From positions 1 through 56,316 of the forward strand of contig JAFGOC010000036.1 in assembly GCA_016926705.1 (NCBI GenBank): a DNA stretch of 56,316 nucleotides. Direction: 5' to 3'. A model generated the notes under the pieces. The model saw nothing but the letters and a program-made list of their open reading frames with translations. It was not told the origin of the DNA and searched no databases. Positions 8,492-18,578 of this stretch are shown piece after piece. The number at the start of each line of letters is the position of its first letter. The first letter of the stretch is position 1. Both the position numbers and the translations under genes were made by a program. Origin of the DNA: Dehalococcoidales bacterium. GTDB taxonomy: Bacteria; Chloroflexota; Dehalococcoidia; Dehalococcoidales; RBG-16-60-22.

Positions 8492-9348
8492 TTAACTCCC
8501 GCCCAGGGGAAACGCATCAGCTGGCCTTTTTCCACCAGTTCGTCCACCCTGTGAGTTGAAGTCCATTTCCCCAGCACTTGTAGGATATGGTCGATGTGGC
8601 GGTTGCGTTCCTCTCTGTCCTTCCATCTGGCGTCGGTCAGGTCTTCCGCCATGCCCTCGGATGCCAGCCATTCTACAAGGGTATCCCAGTGCTGGTGGAG
8701 CGAAACCATTATATAGCCGTCCCGGCAGGGCAGGATATCGAAAGCATTGTTCCAGTGGCAGCTACCCTGCCTTTCAGCAACGACGCCACCGTAAAAATAA
8801 CGCGGCAGAACATGGTCGAGCGTGGCCGCCACACACTCCATTATCGAGATATCTATATGTTGTCCTTTGCCTGTATTGTGCGTCTGCCGCAGCGCCAGCA
8901 GGATACCATTGACTGCGAAGAGCGACGCCGTGTTGTATGACTGCTCCCCGCACAGTTTAAGAGGTTTTGTCGCCTCGCCCGTCACGGAGAGCCAGCCTCC
9001 CAGCGCCTGGTTAATCAAATCCGATGACTTTAAATCTCTGTAAGGTCCGCTCTGCCCGAAGTGGGTGATGGAAACCATGACCAGGCGAGGATTTATCTTT
9101 GCAAGGTCTTTATAGCCCATCCCCAGCGACGCAAGGTATCCCGGCTGAAATGTCTCGATAAGGAAATCGGCCTTTTTTATCAGGCTGCGGAGCCGGTTCC
9201 GTTCCCTTTTCTTTTCAAGATTGAGGCGGATAACGTCAGCACCCATGCCGGAGAGAAGCTTGACGCACAATGAGCCTTTTTCATCGGTCAGATCGAGAAC
9301 ACTGTAACCGGCGAGGGTAGCAATTCCTGGCTTCTCATACATTTTCAA
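8488..9348 (-). CDS. Family III CoA-transferase (CaiB/BaiF)-like, shortened and probably non-catalytic
   Basis: VLDLTDEKGSLCVKLLSGMGADVIRL, ADFLIETFQPG and NTGKGQHIDIS align to the full-length paralog at 14521-15675. However, this protein is 286 aa versus 384 aa. It has an internal N-terminal gap and no C-terminal ~90 aa. YNTASL replaces YADHVAG at the expected catalytic Asp. Confidence 0.7.
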   Translation of the reverse strand: MKMYEKPGIATLAGYSVLDLTDEKGSLCVKLLSGMGADVIRLNLEKKRERNRLRSLIKKADFLIETFQPGYLASLGMGYKDLAKINPRLVMVSITHFGQSGPYRDLKSSDLINQALGGWLSVTGEATKPLKLCGEQSYNTASLFAVNGILLALRQTHNTGKGQHIDISIMECVAATLDHVLPRYFYGGVVAERQGSCHWNNAFDILPCRDGYIMVSLHQHWDTLVEWLASEGMAEDLTDARWKDREERNRHIDHILQVLGKWTSTHRVDELVEKGQLMRFPWAGVK

Positions 9349-9352
9349 AGCC

Positions 9353-11044
9353 TTATTTCTGCTGCTTTTGTATCTTTGCCCAGGTATCCCGTAAAGTCAC
9401 TGTACGGTTGAATACCAATTTCTCGGGAGAAGTATCCGGGTCGACGCAGAAATAGCCTGTTCTTTCGAACTGATAAAGGCTGCCGGCTGAAGCCTTAGCG
9501 AGAGAAGGCTCGACGCGACATGACTTCAATATCTCAAGGGAGTCAGGGTTAAGATAATCCTTGTAATCCGCGCCTGCTTCCACATCCAGAGGATTTTCTC
9601 TGGTGAACAGCTTATCATAGAGGCGCGCTTCGGCTTCGAGCGCGTGTGCCGCCGAGACCCAGTGCAGAGTGGACTGGACTTTGCGTCCATCCGGGGCATC
9701 GCCGCCGCGCGTGGCCGGGTCATAAGTACAATGGACCTCGATTATCTCGCCGGTTTTTTCGTCTTTTTTAACACCCACGCAGGTGACGAGATAGGCGTAG
9801 CGCAGTCTTACCTCGCGGCCCGGTGTCAGGCGGTAGTATTTCGGCGGAGGCACCTCGCGGAAATCATCCTGTTCTATATAGAGGACTTTTGAAAACGGCA
9901 CCTTGCGCGTCCCCGCGCCGGGGTCTTCGGGGTTGTTCACCGCATCTAACTCCTCGACCTGGTTTTCCGGGTAGTTATCAATTATCAGGCGCAGCGGACG
10001 CAGCACGCCCATAATGCGCGGCGCCCGACTGTTCAAGTCCTCGCGGAGACAATGCTCCAGGAAAGCGAGGTCGATGGTGGTGTTGGCTCTGGAAACACCG
10101 CTACTTTCGCAGTAAATCCTGATGGCTTCCGGAGTATAACCGCGGCGGCGCATACCGGAGAGGGTCGGCATACGGGGGTCATCCCACCCACTCACAATTC
10201 CCGTTTCTACCAGCGGCCGGAGTATACGCTTACTCATCACGGTGTAGGTTAAACTATATCTGCCGAACTCAATTTGCTGCGGATGATAGATACCCAGCTC
10301 ATCAAGAAACCAGTCGTACAAGGGACGGTGGTCTTCAAATTCCAGTGAACAGAGAGAATGGGTAATCCCTTCGATAGAATCTTCCAGACCGTGTGCCCAG
10401 TCGTACATCGGGTAGATGCACCATTTAGCGCCCGTATGAGGGTGGGTGGCATGCAGGATGCGGTACATGACGGGGTCGCGCATGTTCATGTTGGGTGAAG
10501 CCATGTCAATCCTGGCTCTAAGAACGCACGAACCATCCGGGAACTCACCGGCCTTCATGCGCTTAAATAAATCAAGGTTTTCTTCTATCGGGCGGTCCCG
10601 ATAAGGGCTCGGTTTACCCGGTTCGGTCAGGGTGCCGCGATATTCCCTGATTTCATCGGCGGATAAGTCGTCAACGTAGGCTTTGCCCTTCTTGATAAGC
10701 TGGACGGCATATTCATACATCTGCTCGAAGTAGTCCGAGGCAAAATACAGGCGGTCTCCCCAGTCCCACCCCAGCCAGTAAATATCCTGTATAATCGCGT
10801 CGACGTATTTTTGTTCTTCCTTGGTAGGGTCGGTGTCATCGAACCTAAGATTGTAAAGGCCGCCGAACTCCTCGGCGATGCCGAAGCTAATCCAGATAGC
10901 TTTGGCGTGCCCGATGTGCAGATAGCCGTTGGGCTCTGGCGGAAACCGTGTGTGCACCCGCCCCCCGAACTTATTGGTCTTAATATCCTGGCGGACAATA
11001 TCCCGTATAAAATCGTCCGGTCGATTAGAATTAGTCGCGTCCAT
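9353..11044 (-). CDS. glnS: Glutamine--tRNA ligase
   Basis: Class I signatures: [14 protein letters not shown] (HIGH) and VMSKR (KMSKS). Length 563 aa, with a GlnRS-type C-terminal beta-barrel region (..TGYFCVD..). Confidence 0.95.
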   Translation of the reverse strand: MDATNSNRPDDFIRDIVRQDIKTNKFGGRVHTRFPPEPNGYLHIGHAKAIWISFGIAEEFGGLYNLRFDDTDPTKEEQKYVDAIIQDIYWLGWDWGDRLYFASDYFEQMYEYAVQLIKKGKAYVDDLSADEIREYRGTLTEPGKPSPYRDRPIEENLDLFKRMKAGEFPDGSCVLRARIDMASPNMNMRDPVMYRILHATHPHTGAKWCIYPMYDWAHGLEDSIEGITHSLCSLEFEDHRPLYDWFLDELGIYHPQQIEFGRYSLTYTVMSKRILRPLVETGIVSGWDDPRMPTLSGMRRRGYTPEAIRIYCESSGVSRANTTIDLAFLEHCLREDLNSRAPRIMGVLRPLRLIIDNYPENQVEELDAVNNPEDPGAGTRKVPFSKVLYIEQDDFREVPPPKYYRLTPGREVRLRYAYLVTCVGVKKDEKTGEIIEVHCTYDPATRGGDAPDGRKVQSTLHWVSAAHALEAEARLYDKLFTRENPLDVEAGADYKDYLNPDSLEILKSCRVEPSLAKASAGSLYQFERTGYFCVDPDTSPEKLVFNRTVTLRDTWAKIQKQQK

Positions 11045-11076
11045 ATTGTCCTCTAGTTATCCCACATCCTATCTTG

Positions 11077-12552
11077 TTAATCACGGTGATTATTCAGCCT
11101 TGATATTGCAGCCTTGATTCTCTTCAGACATCTTTCTTTACCCAGTACTGCCATTGTCTCGAAGAGCGGCGGCGTGGCGTCTCGGGCGGTGGTGGCTACA
11201 CGCAAAACACTAAACAATTGCCCCGCCTTTATTCCCAGGTCATCAGCAAGAGGCCTTAAGGTGTTTTCCAGCTCGTCGCGGTCGAAATTTTCCAGTGAGG
11301 ATAATGTTTCTTCAGCACTTTTTAAAGCCGTTAATGCGGTTTCCGCGTCCATCTTTTTATCGACAAGTTTTGAAGCGTCGTGTTCCAGCTTATCTACGAA
11401 GAAGAAGTCGGCATAGGCAGCCGCGTCTTTCAAGGTATTTATCCGTTCGCGTATCAGAGGCACTATCTGCTTTACGTAATTTACATCCAGAGGCCGCTTA
11501 ATTTCCGGAGGTAAATATTTATCCAGAAAAGGAAGAAGCTTATCCGATAAGTCTTCAACGGTCAAGCCACGGATATAGACACCGTTCATCCAATCTAGTT
11601 TGTCCGTATTGAAGAACGCCCCCGTTTTGCCCATCCTCTCGATAGAGAAGTTCTTTACAATCTGCTCGCGGGTCATAATCTCCGTTTTATCGTCCAGCGA
11701 CCAGCCGATAAGCGTGAGAAAGTTAAACATGGTTTCCGGGAGGTAGCCTATATCTCTGAAATCCAGGAGGGATACCGCGCCGTGCCGTTTGCTTAATTTA
11801 GCGCGGTCCGCCCCCACGATAACGGGGTGGTGGACATACTGTGGAGGCTCGTAGCCAAGGGCCTTATAGATGAGGAGGTGACGGGGCACACTCGATATCC
11901 AGCCCTCGTCGCGGATGACATGAGTTATTTTCATCGCGTGGTCGTCAACGACGCTGGCGAGGTGGTAAACTGGATAGCCGTCAGATTTCAACATGACAAA
12001 ATCATCAAGGGTATTGTTTTCAAAAACTACGTCCCCGTAAATAAGGTCGTGAAAGCTGGTCTGCCCCTGCTCCGGTGTCTTGAAACGCACCACCGGCCTG
12101 ATGCCGGCCGCTTCTTTAGCCGCCCTTTCCTGCGGACTTAAATTGCGGCAGGAGCGGTCATACCCGGATAACTGTTTGCGAGCTTCCTGCTCCTTGCGTA
12201 ACGCCTCGAGGCGCTCCGGGGAGCAATAGCAATAATAGGCATCCCCCTGCGCGACGAGTCGCTCGGCGGCGGCTTTATAAAGTTCCAGCCGCTGCGACTG
12301 AAAATACGGCCCGTAATCTCCGCCAACGTCCGGTCCTTCGTCCCAATCGAGTCCCAGCCACTTAAGGCTTTCCATGATAGCTTCAAGCGCGCCTTCCTTT
12401 TTTCGGGCAACATCGGTGTCCTCGATGCGCAGGATGAACTTTCCGCCGGTATGCCTGGCGAAAATCCAGTCGTACATAGCGGTGCGGATATTGCCCACAT
12501 GGGGTTTGCCGGTGGGGCTGGGGGCAAAGCGTACTCTTACCGGTTCCGTCAC
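11077..12552 (-). CDS. gltX: Glutamate--tRNA ligase
   Basis: RFAPSPTGKPHVGNIRTA (HIGH-type) and KLSKRHGA (KMSKS). Typical bacterial GluRS length of 491 aa. Confidence 0.95.
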   Translation of the reverse strand: MTEPVRVRFAPSPTGKPHVGNIRTAMYDWIFARHTGGKFILRIEDTDVARKKEGALEAIMESLKWLGLDWDEGPDVGGDYGPYFQSQRLELYKAAAERLVAQGDAYYCYCSPERLEALRKEQEARKQLSGYDRSCRNLSPQERAAKEAAGIRPVVRFKTPEQGQTSFHDLIYGDVVFENNTLDDFVMLKSDGYPVYHLASVVDDHAMKITHVIRDEGWISSVPRHLLIYKALGYEPPQYVHHPVIVGADRAKLSKRHGAVSLLDFRDIGYLPETMFNFLTLIGWSLDDKTEIMTREQIVKNFSIERMGKTGAFFNTDKLDWMNGVYIRGLTVEDLSDKLLPFLDKYLPPEIKRPLDVNYVKQIVPLIRERINTLKDAAAYADFFFVDKLEHDASKLVDKKMDAETALTALKSAEETLSSLENFDRDELENTLRPLADDLGIKAGQLFSVLRVATTARDATPPLFETMAVLGKERCLKRIKAAISRLNNHRD

Positions 12553-12696
12553 AGGTAGCCTTTCTCGTGAATTTTACTCCTCCATTCTACCATTCCGAAC
12601 GCTGCAAATTCTAGAAACACTGCACGGTATTGTTTTTTAAAGCGTATTGTCCTAAAATAACACAACGTCCATTTAGGACTGTAACGGAGGTATATA

Positions 12697-13761
12697 ATGC
12701 GCAGGCTTATTAGAAAGAGGTCGGAGAAGGCGGGACTTCCCCCGGGGACACTGGTGTATGTCGGGGAGAAGAAAGTTGAAAAGGTAAAGATATCGATAAT
12801 CGATTACGATGAAAACCAGATAACGGAAAAAGCAGCAGCCACTATTGAGGAGTGCTTCCCGTTTAAAGACAAGCCAAACGTCACCTGGATAAATATCGAC
12901 GGCTTACATGAAGTTGATATCATTGAAAAACTCGGCAGCCACTTCGGATTACATCCTCTGCTTCTTGAGGATATCCTGAACACGGAGCAGCGCCCGAAGC
13001 TGGAAGAATCGGAAAATTATATCTTTTTCGTCCTGAAAATGATTTTTTCCGTTGATAAGGATGAGGAAATGCAAGCGGAACAGGTCAGTATAATACTCGG
13101 CCCCAATTTCGTTATTTCATTCCAGGAACGCCAGGGTGATGTGTTCGATGCTGTAAGGGATAGAATCAGGAAGAGCAAGGGAAGGATAAGAAGGGTCGGG
13201 GCTGATTATCTTGCATATGCCCTGTTAGACGCCATTGTCGATAGTTATTTCTCCGTCCTGGAAAACGTCGGTGAGAAGATAGAAGACACGGAACAACAAC
13301 TGACGGTAAACCCCAGCACCCAAACACTTCAGTTAATCCGCAAGCTGAAAAATGAAATGATTTTCCTTAGAAAATCCGTTTGGCCATTGAGAGAATTGAT
13401 TAGCGGTTTTCAGCGACTGGAGACATCGCTGGTCCAGCAGTTAACAGGGGTGTATATCAGAGACGTTTACGACCACACGATACAGGTCATCGATACTATT
13501 GAAAGCTACCGCGACATGATTTCCGGCATGCTGGATATTTATTTATCCAGTATCAGCAACAGGATGAATGAGGTAATGAAGGTGCTGACTATTTTTGCTT
13601 CCATTTTTATACCCCTGACCTTCTTTGCCGGTATTTACGGCATGAATTTTGAGAATATGCCGGAATTGAGCTGGCAGTGGGGGTATTTCGGCCTTCTCGG
13701 CTTTATGGCAATAATTATAATAGTACTGGTTATCTACTTCAAAAGGAAAAAATGGCTGTGA
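12697..13761 (+). CDS. corA: Magnesium/cobalt transporter CorA
   Basis: C-terminal two TM helices with YGMNFENMPE (GMN motif). Length 354 aa. Confidence 0.9.
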   Translation: MRRLIRKRSEKAGLPPGTLVYVGEKKVEKVKISIIDYDENQITEKAAATIEECFPFKDKPNVTWINIDGLHEVDIIEKLGSHFGLHPLLLEDILNTEQRPKLEESENYIFFVLKMIFSVDKDEEMQAEQVSIILGPNFVISFQERQGDVFDAVRDRIRKSKGRIRRVGADYLAYALLDAIVDSYFSVLENVGEKIEDTEQQLTVNPSTQTLQLIRKLKNEMIFLRKSVWPLRELISGFQRLETSLVQQLTGVYIRDVYDHTIQVIDTIESYRDMISGMLDIYLSSISNRMNEVMKVLTIFASIFIPLTFFAGIYGMNFENMPELSWQWGYFGLLGFMAIIIIVLVIYFKRKKWL

Positions 13762-13880
13762 TTCCTCTGTCCTGATATGTAAGGGATAAAAATCATTTTT
13801 TTATTATGCGGAAGTTATATAATTATAGTAGCTATTTAATCTAAGAGGGGCAAAAAGCCCTGAAAGCGGGAGGTCTCCAT

Positions 13881-14468
13881 ATGGATGAAGATAAAGCAGC
13901 ACCCGTGGATGAAGATAGAATAATACCCGGGGATGGAAAATCGGTCACGGTGGTGGTCAGCCGTGTTGTAAAACCAGGTTTTGAGCAGGAATATGATGCG
14001 TGGGTGAAAAAATTATCGGAGGCTGCCAGGCAGTCGCCGGGCAATACCGGTGTTACCGTCCTTATGCCGCCACCGGGCAAGACCGGGCTGCACCACGTGG
14101 TAATGCGTTTCGCCGACGAAAAGTCCATGCACATCTGGGAGACTTCCTATATCCGTCAAAAGCTTTCCAACGAGGCGGATGCCTTTTCTCGCCGCAGTCG
14201 CCAGGAAGCCACGGGGCTGGAAACGTGGTTCTCCATACCGGACTGCCCGGAACTTGAAACGCCGCCGCACTGGAAAATGGCAGCGGTTACTTTTCTGGCG
14301 GTGTTTGTACTCTCCATTGCTATCCTGAAGCTGCTGCAGTGGCTTTTCCAAGACATGAATTTTTACCTGGAGAGCTTCCTGGTAGCCTTCCTGCTGGTGG
14401 GTATTTTAACCTGGGTGGTGATGCCCTTCTTGAGCCAGCGCGTGTTCAGGAAGTGGCTGTATAAGTGA
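13881..14468 (+). CDS. ABM (antibiotic-biosynthesis-monooxygenase-like) domain protein with C-terminal TM helices
   Basis: An N-terminal ferredoxin-like alpha+beta segment (VTVVVSRVVKPGFEQEYDAWVKKL..HHVVMRFADEKSMHIWETS) is followed by two hydrophobic helices. The family assignment is by recollection of the architecture only. Confidence 0.5.
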   Translation: MDEDKAAPVDEDRIIPGDGKSVTVVVSRVVKPGFEQEYDAWVKKLSEAARQSPGNTGVTVLMPPPGKTGLHHVVMRFADEKSMHIWETSYIRQKLSNEADAFSRRSRQEATGLETWFSIPDCPELETPPHWKMAAVTFLAVFVLSIAILKLLQWLFQDMNFYLESFLVAFLLVGILTWVVMPFLSQRVFRKWLYK

Positions 14469-14520
14469 GGAAGACATTCTATAGATATATAGCTTTAATT
14501 CGTGTTTAAAGTCATAACAA

Positions 14521-15675
14521 GTGATGGTGAAAAAGACCAATCAACCAATCCTCCATAATATCCGCGTTCTTGATTTTACCTGGGCGCTGGCGGGGCCTTA
14601 TGCCACGCGGCTTCTGGCGGACTTCGGGGCGGAGATAATCAAGGTACAGTCGCCGCTGATGGAGGAAGCCGACGATGTTACGATGCGGGGGTATTACGAT
14701 ACCTGGAACCGCAATAAGCTGGGAATTACGCTGAACATGAACAAGCCGGAGGGGGTGGCGCTGGCAATAAGGCTGGCGCTCATATGCGACGCGGTGGCGG
14801 AGAATTTCACGCCGCGGGTGATGGCCAACTGGGGACTGGACTATAAAAACCTGAAAAAGTTAAAACCGGATATCATCATGGTAAGCCTGTCCGTGATGGG
14901 TGGAAAAAGCCCAAAGAGCTATTATTCAGGTTACGGGCCGGCGGTTCACGCTCTATCAGGCATGACAAGGCTGACGTCTTTCCCGGGGCAGCCGCCGACA
15001 GGGCCGGGTTTTTCCTATGCCGACCATGTGGCGGGACTGTATGCGTCGATGGCCCTGCTGGGGGCGCTGGAAGAGCGGCGGAAAACGGGCAAAGGGCAGC
15101 ACATAGACATCTCCGAGAATGATGTTGTGAAAGGCCTGCTTAAGGTAGCCGCTAAAGAACCGATGGGCAACGATTCTTTAATAGCGGCGCCGCATAATGT
15201 TTACCGCTGCAAGGGCAAAAACCGCTGGTGCGCTATCGCTGTGATTACGGAGGAGGAGTGGCGGGGACTGACGCAAGCGCTGGGGAATCCAGGCTGGGCG
15301 GAGGACACAAGATTCGTCACGCTTTCCTGCAGGCAGGGGAACAGGATTGAGCTGGACGGGTTGATAGCGGACTGGACGAAAAAGCATACCGCCGAGGAAG
15401 TGATGTCATTACTGCAGAAAAACGGCGTGGCGGCGGGTATCGTGCAGGATGCCTCCGACCTGGCTAAAGACCCGCAATTAAAAACGCGGGGATTTTTCGT
15501 AAAAGATGCAGAGATGCCGTTTATCGACGCTTCGCCGATTAGAGTGTCGGAATCGACTGCGGAGTACAGGCGGGCGGCTCCGGAACCGGGGCAGGATAAC
15601 GACTACGTTTACGGGGAACTGCTGGGCGTCAGCGGTAAGGAGATGGCAGAGCTCAAGAGAAAGGGCGTGATTTAA
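14521..15675 (+). CDS. Family III CoA-transferase (CaiB/BaiF), full length
   Basis: IRVLDFTWALAGPYATRLLADFGAEIIKV, AENFTPRVM, YADHVAGLYASMALLGALEERRKTGKGQHIDIS, and a C-terminal small domain. GTG start. Confidence 0.85.
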   Translation: MMVKKTNQPILHNIRVLDFTWALAGPYATRLLADFGAEIIKVQSPLMEEADDVTMRGYYDTWNRNKLGITLNMNKPEGVALAIRLALICDAVAENFTPRVMANWGLDYKNLKKLKPDIIMVSLSVMGGKSPKSYYSGYGPAVHALSGMTRLTSFPGQPPTGPGFSYADHVAGLYASMALLGALEERRKTGKGQHIDISENDVVKGLLKVAAKEPMGNDSLIAAPHNVYRCKGKNRWCAIAVITEEEWRGLTQALGNPGWAEDTRFVTLSCRQGNRIELDGLIADWTKKHTAEEVMSLLQKNGVAAGIVQDASDLAKDPQLKTRGFFVKDAEMPFIDASPIRVSESTAEYRRAAPEPGQDNDYVYGELLGVSGKEMAELKRKGVI

Positions 15676-15755
15676 CGAAAGGGCAGGTGCGGTTGACGGC
15701 GGAACCGGCTGGCGACTAGAATAGCAGGAGCGAAGGTCAGGAGAGGGCTAAAGCA

Positions 15756-16229
15756 ATGAAATTTGTCTGGGCGCCGTGGCGAATCGAATATATCAAGGCG
15801 GAAAAGCCGGCCGGCTGTATTCTTTGCGATAAACCGAAAGAAAAAAAAGATAAAGATAACTACATTATTTATCGGGGCAAGAAGAATTTTATTATGCTGA
15901 ACAGTTACCCCTATAATCCCGGCCACCTCCTGATAGCCCCTTACCGGCATACGGGGAACCTGGAGGAACTCACGGAAGCGGAACGTAACGAGCATTATGA
16001 ACTGGTAACCCGGTGCATTGAGGTATTAAAAAAGGTCTTGAAACCGGCAGGTTTTAACATAGGGGCGAACCTGGGGAGGGTGGCCGGTGCGGGGATAGAA
16101 GACCATTTTCACAGTCATGTGGTGCCGCGGTGGCAGGGCGATAACAATTTCATGCCGGTGCTGGGGGACGCTAAGGTGATACCGCAGGCACTGGCGGACA
16201 CTTACGATACTCTAGTAGATAGTTTTTAA
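15756..16229 (+). CDS. HIT-family nucleotide hydrolase/transferase
   Basis: Histidine triad HFHSHVVPRW, with the N-terminal WAPWRIEYI motif seen in the Ap4A-phosphorylase-like HIT subgroup. Its stop codon overlaps the stop of the convergent kinase gene. Confidence 0.85.
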   Translation: MKFVWAPWRIEYIKAEKPAGCILCDKPKEKKDKDNYIIYRGKKNFIMLNSYPYNPGHLLIAPYRHTGNLEELTEAERNEHYELVTRCIEVLKKVLKPAGFNIGANLGRVAGAGIEDHFHSHVVPRWQGDNNFMPVLGDAKVIPQALADTYDTLVDSF

Positions 16230-18235
16230 CTGCTGACTTGTTTTTTCTTACGTCGGGATTTGCTGTTGTTATTTTCATCGGGTGCTATTTCCAGCGGCAG
16301 GGTGAAGTAACAACGTGTCCCGGCGCCTTCCTGGCTGTCAATCCAAATTCTACCCCCGTGTGCCTCAATCAGTCTTTTACACATGGATAAGCCGAGTCCG
16401 GCACCGGGAACACCGAATTTCTGACCTCGCGTGGAATGGAACATACGCTGAAACAGCCGGGGTATATCTTTTTTCGGTATGCCTGCACCGTGGTCGGTTA
16501 CGGTAAATAGCAGTTCGTTCTTGACTTTCTGTAGAGAAAGAGTTATTTCCATGCCGGGGTTGGAGTACTTGACGGCATTATCGATGATGTTATCCAGTAC
16601 CTGGCGGATACGCCGTTCATCGATATTGATTTTCGGCAGGCTGGCCGGCAGCTCGGACTTGAAAATGTGTTCCGAAGACCTGATGCTGGCTTCGCTGATA
16701 ACTGTCTGGCATAGTGTGAAGATATCAGCCGGAGATTTTCTAATGGAAAACATGCCGACGCCCAGGCGGGACATTTCCAGTAACTGCTCGATTAATTCCA
16801 CGAGGCGGTCGGCGTTTTTATCGATGGTTTCGAGGTATTCCCGTTTTTCACCGGATTTGAGTCTTTTACCGTAGTCAATCAGCATGGTGGCAAACCCTTT
16901 GATACTGGCAAGCGGGGTACGCAGTTCGTGGGAGACATTGGCTAATAGTTCCGTGCGGAGTTTATCCAGTTGCTTCAGATTTTCCGCTTCGAGGGCTTGT
17001 GCTTCTATTCGTTTGTAATCGGTGATATCGACAGTGACAGCCAGCACACATGGTTCACCATCAAGCTCAATCTGGTCGGAGGACCAGAGCATGGTGCGTA
17101 TGTCACCGGATTTGGTGCGGTACAGATATTCTTTATTACTGACCCGCCCGTATTTTTTCAACCCGTTAACCATATCTTCGCGGTCTTTCTGGGTTACCCA
17201 GACGCCCAGTTCCCCGGAACTGCGGCCAATCACTTCTTCACGGGAAAAGCCCAAAATACGGCAAAAGCTTTCATTAATTTCCTTGAAGACTCCGTCTGAA
17301 AGTCTGGTAATACTCATTACCTGAGGGCTGGCGCGGAAAGCTATGGAAAATTTTTCTTCAGAATCGCGCAGGGCTTGTTCTATTTTCTTAAGCCCGGTGA
17401 CATCGGTTGAAGAAGAAATGATGCATTCTTCACCGCCGATAGTAATTTTCTCTGCGGAGAATAATAGGGTTTGTATATCACCGGCTTTTGTGTAGAATTC
17501 TAGCTCTTCATTGTCCACCCGCCCCTTTTTCTCAAGTATTTTCATGATTCTTTTGCGTTCGGTCTCACTTACCCACATGTTAAGTTCTGCCGATGTATGA
17601 CCGATGAGTTGATCATGTGTGTATCCGGTCATGCGGGAGAGACTATCATTAGCTTCGAGGAATTTTCCTTCTTTAAGAGTAGTGATGCTGATTGCCTGTG
17701 GACTGGAGCGGAAAGCTACGGCGAGCTTGCTCTCTGATTCTCTTAAAGCATTCTCCATTTTACGTAGCTCGGTGACATCGGTAGCTACGGCAATCATGCA
17801 CTCATCACCATCTAGGTCAATAATCTCCGCAGAGCAGAGCCACGTTCGGATTTCACCGGACCTTACGCGGAAGTGATACTCTTCGTTTTTCAAACTGCCG
17901 GTTTTCTGTAAAATACGCATCATGTGCGCCTGTTCTTCAGGGCTGACGAAGAGATTAAATTCATCGACGGTATGCCCGATAAGCTCTTCGCGACTGTAAC
18001 CGGTGTTGCGGACAAAACTATCATTTACATCTACGTATTTACTGTCCTTGATGGATGAAATGATTATCATATCGGGTGATGAGAGGAAGGCCTTGTAGAA
18101 TTTGTCTTCCGACTGATTTAAATCCCGGCCGGCCTTTTTACGCTCAACTTCAGCGGCCGCCAGCGTTTCAAGCTGCCGGCGGGCTTCCTGCAGTTCGCTG
18201 ATGAGTTGTTTACGGGTTTTTTGAGAGTCTCTCAT
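16226..18235 (-). CDS. Soluble sensor histidine kinase with three PAS domains
   Basis: N-terminal coiled coil, then three PAS-like repeats (each ..TGY[ST]..ELIG[HR]..). H-box ANVSHELRTPLASIKG. HATPase_c motifs DNAVKYS, DHGAGIP and GAGLGLSMCKRLIEAHGGRIW. No TM segment and no adjacent response regulator. Confidence 0.9.
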   Translation of the reverse strand: MRDSQKTRKQLISELQEARRQLETLAAAEVERKKAGRDLNQSEDKFYKAFLSSPDMIIISSIKDSKYVDVNDSFVRNTGYSREELIGHTVDEFNLFVSPEEQAHMMRILQKTGSLKNEEYHFRVRSGEIRTWLCSAEIIDLDGDECMIAVATDVTELRKMENALRESESKLAVAFRSSPQAISITTLKEGKFLEANDSLSRMTGYTHDQLIGHTSAELNMWVSETERKRIMKILEKKGRVDNEELEFYTKAGDIQTLLFSAEKITIGGEECIISSSTDVTGLKKIEQALRDSEEKFSIAFRASPQVMSITRLSDGVFKEINESFCRILGFSREEVIGRSSGELGVWVTQKDREDMVNGLKKYGRVSNKEYLYRTKSGDIRTMLWSSDQIELDGEPCVLAVTVDITDYKRIEAQALEAENLKQLDKLRTELLANVSHELRTPLASIKGFATMLIDYGKRLKSGEKREYLETIDKNADRLVELIEQLLEMSRLGVGMFSIRKSPADIFTLCQTVISEASIRSSEHIFKSELPASLPKINIDERRIRQVLDNIIDNAVKYSNPGMEITLSLQKVKNELLFTVTDHGAGIPKKDIPRLFQRMFHSTRGQKFGVPGAGLGLSMCKRLIEAHGGRIWIDSQEGAGTRCYFTLPLEIAPDENNNSKSRRKKKQVSS

Positions 18236-18578
18236 GATTTATTAAATACATTATAATACAAATATAGCTAAAAGGGTGTTAAATTTTTATTAAAAGATAT
18301 ATTACTGATAATTTCTAACATCTGGCCTTGTCTATGTCAAGGTTCAAAAGTAAGAAAGAAAAAATTCGTAATCCCCCTTTGGTCATACTTGCATGGATTT
18401 CCTTATTTGCCAGCTGGTTGGAGTAAACGGTGAGTGGGCGATAAGAGCATATTATTACTATACGTGCTGCTTTTAATGGTGAAAAATCGACGGGCTAACT
18501 TGAAGTTTCAGGCCTGCGGTGACATAATGCTCAAGATAACCGCTTTTTAAAGAATTTCTTTTATGGAGCGTTTTTAGA

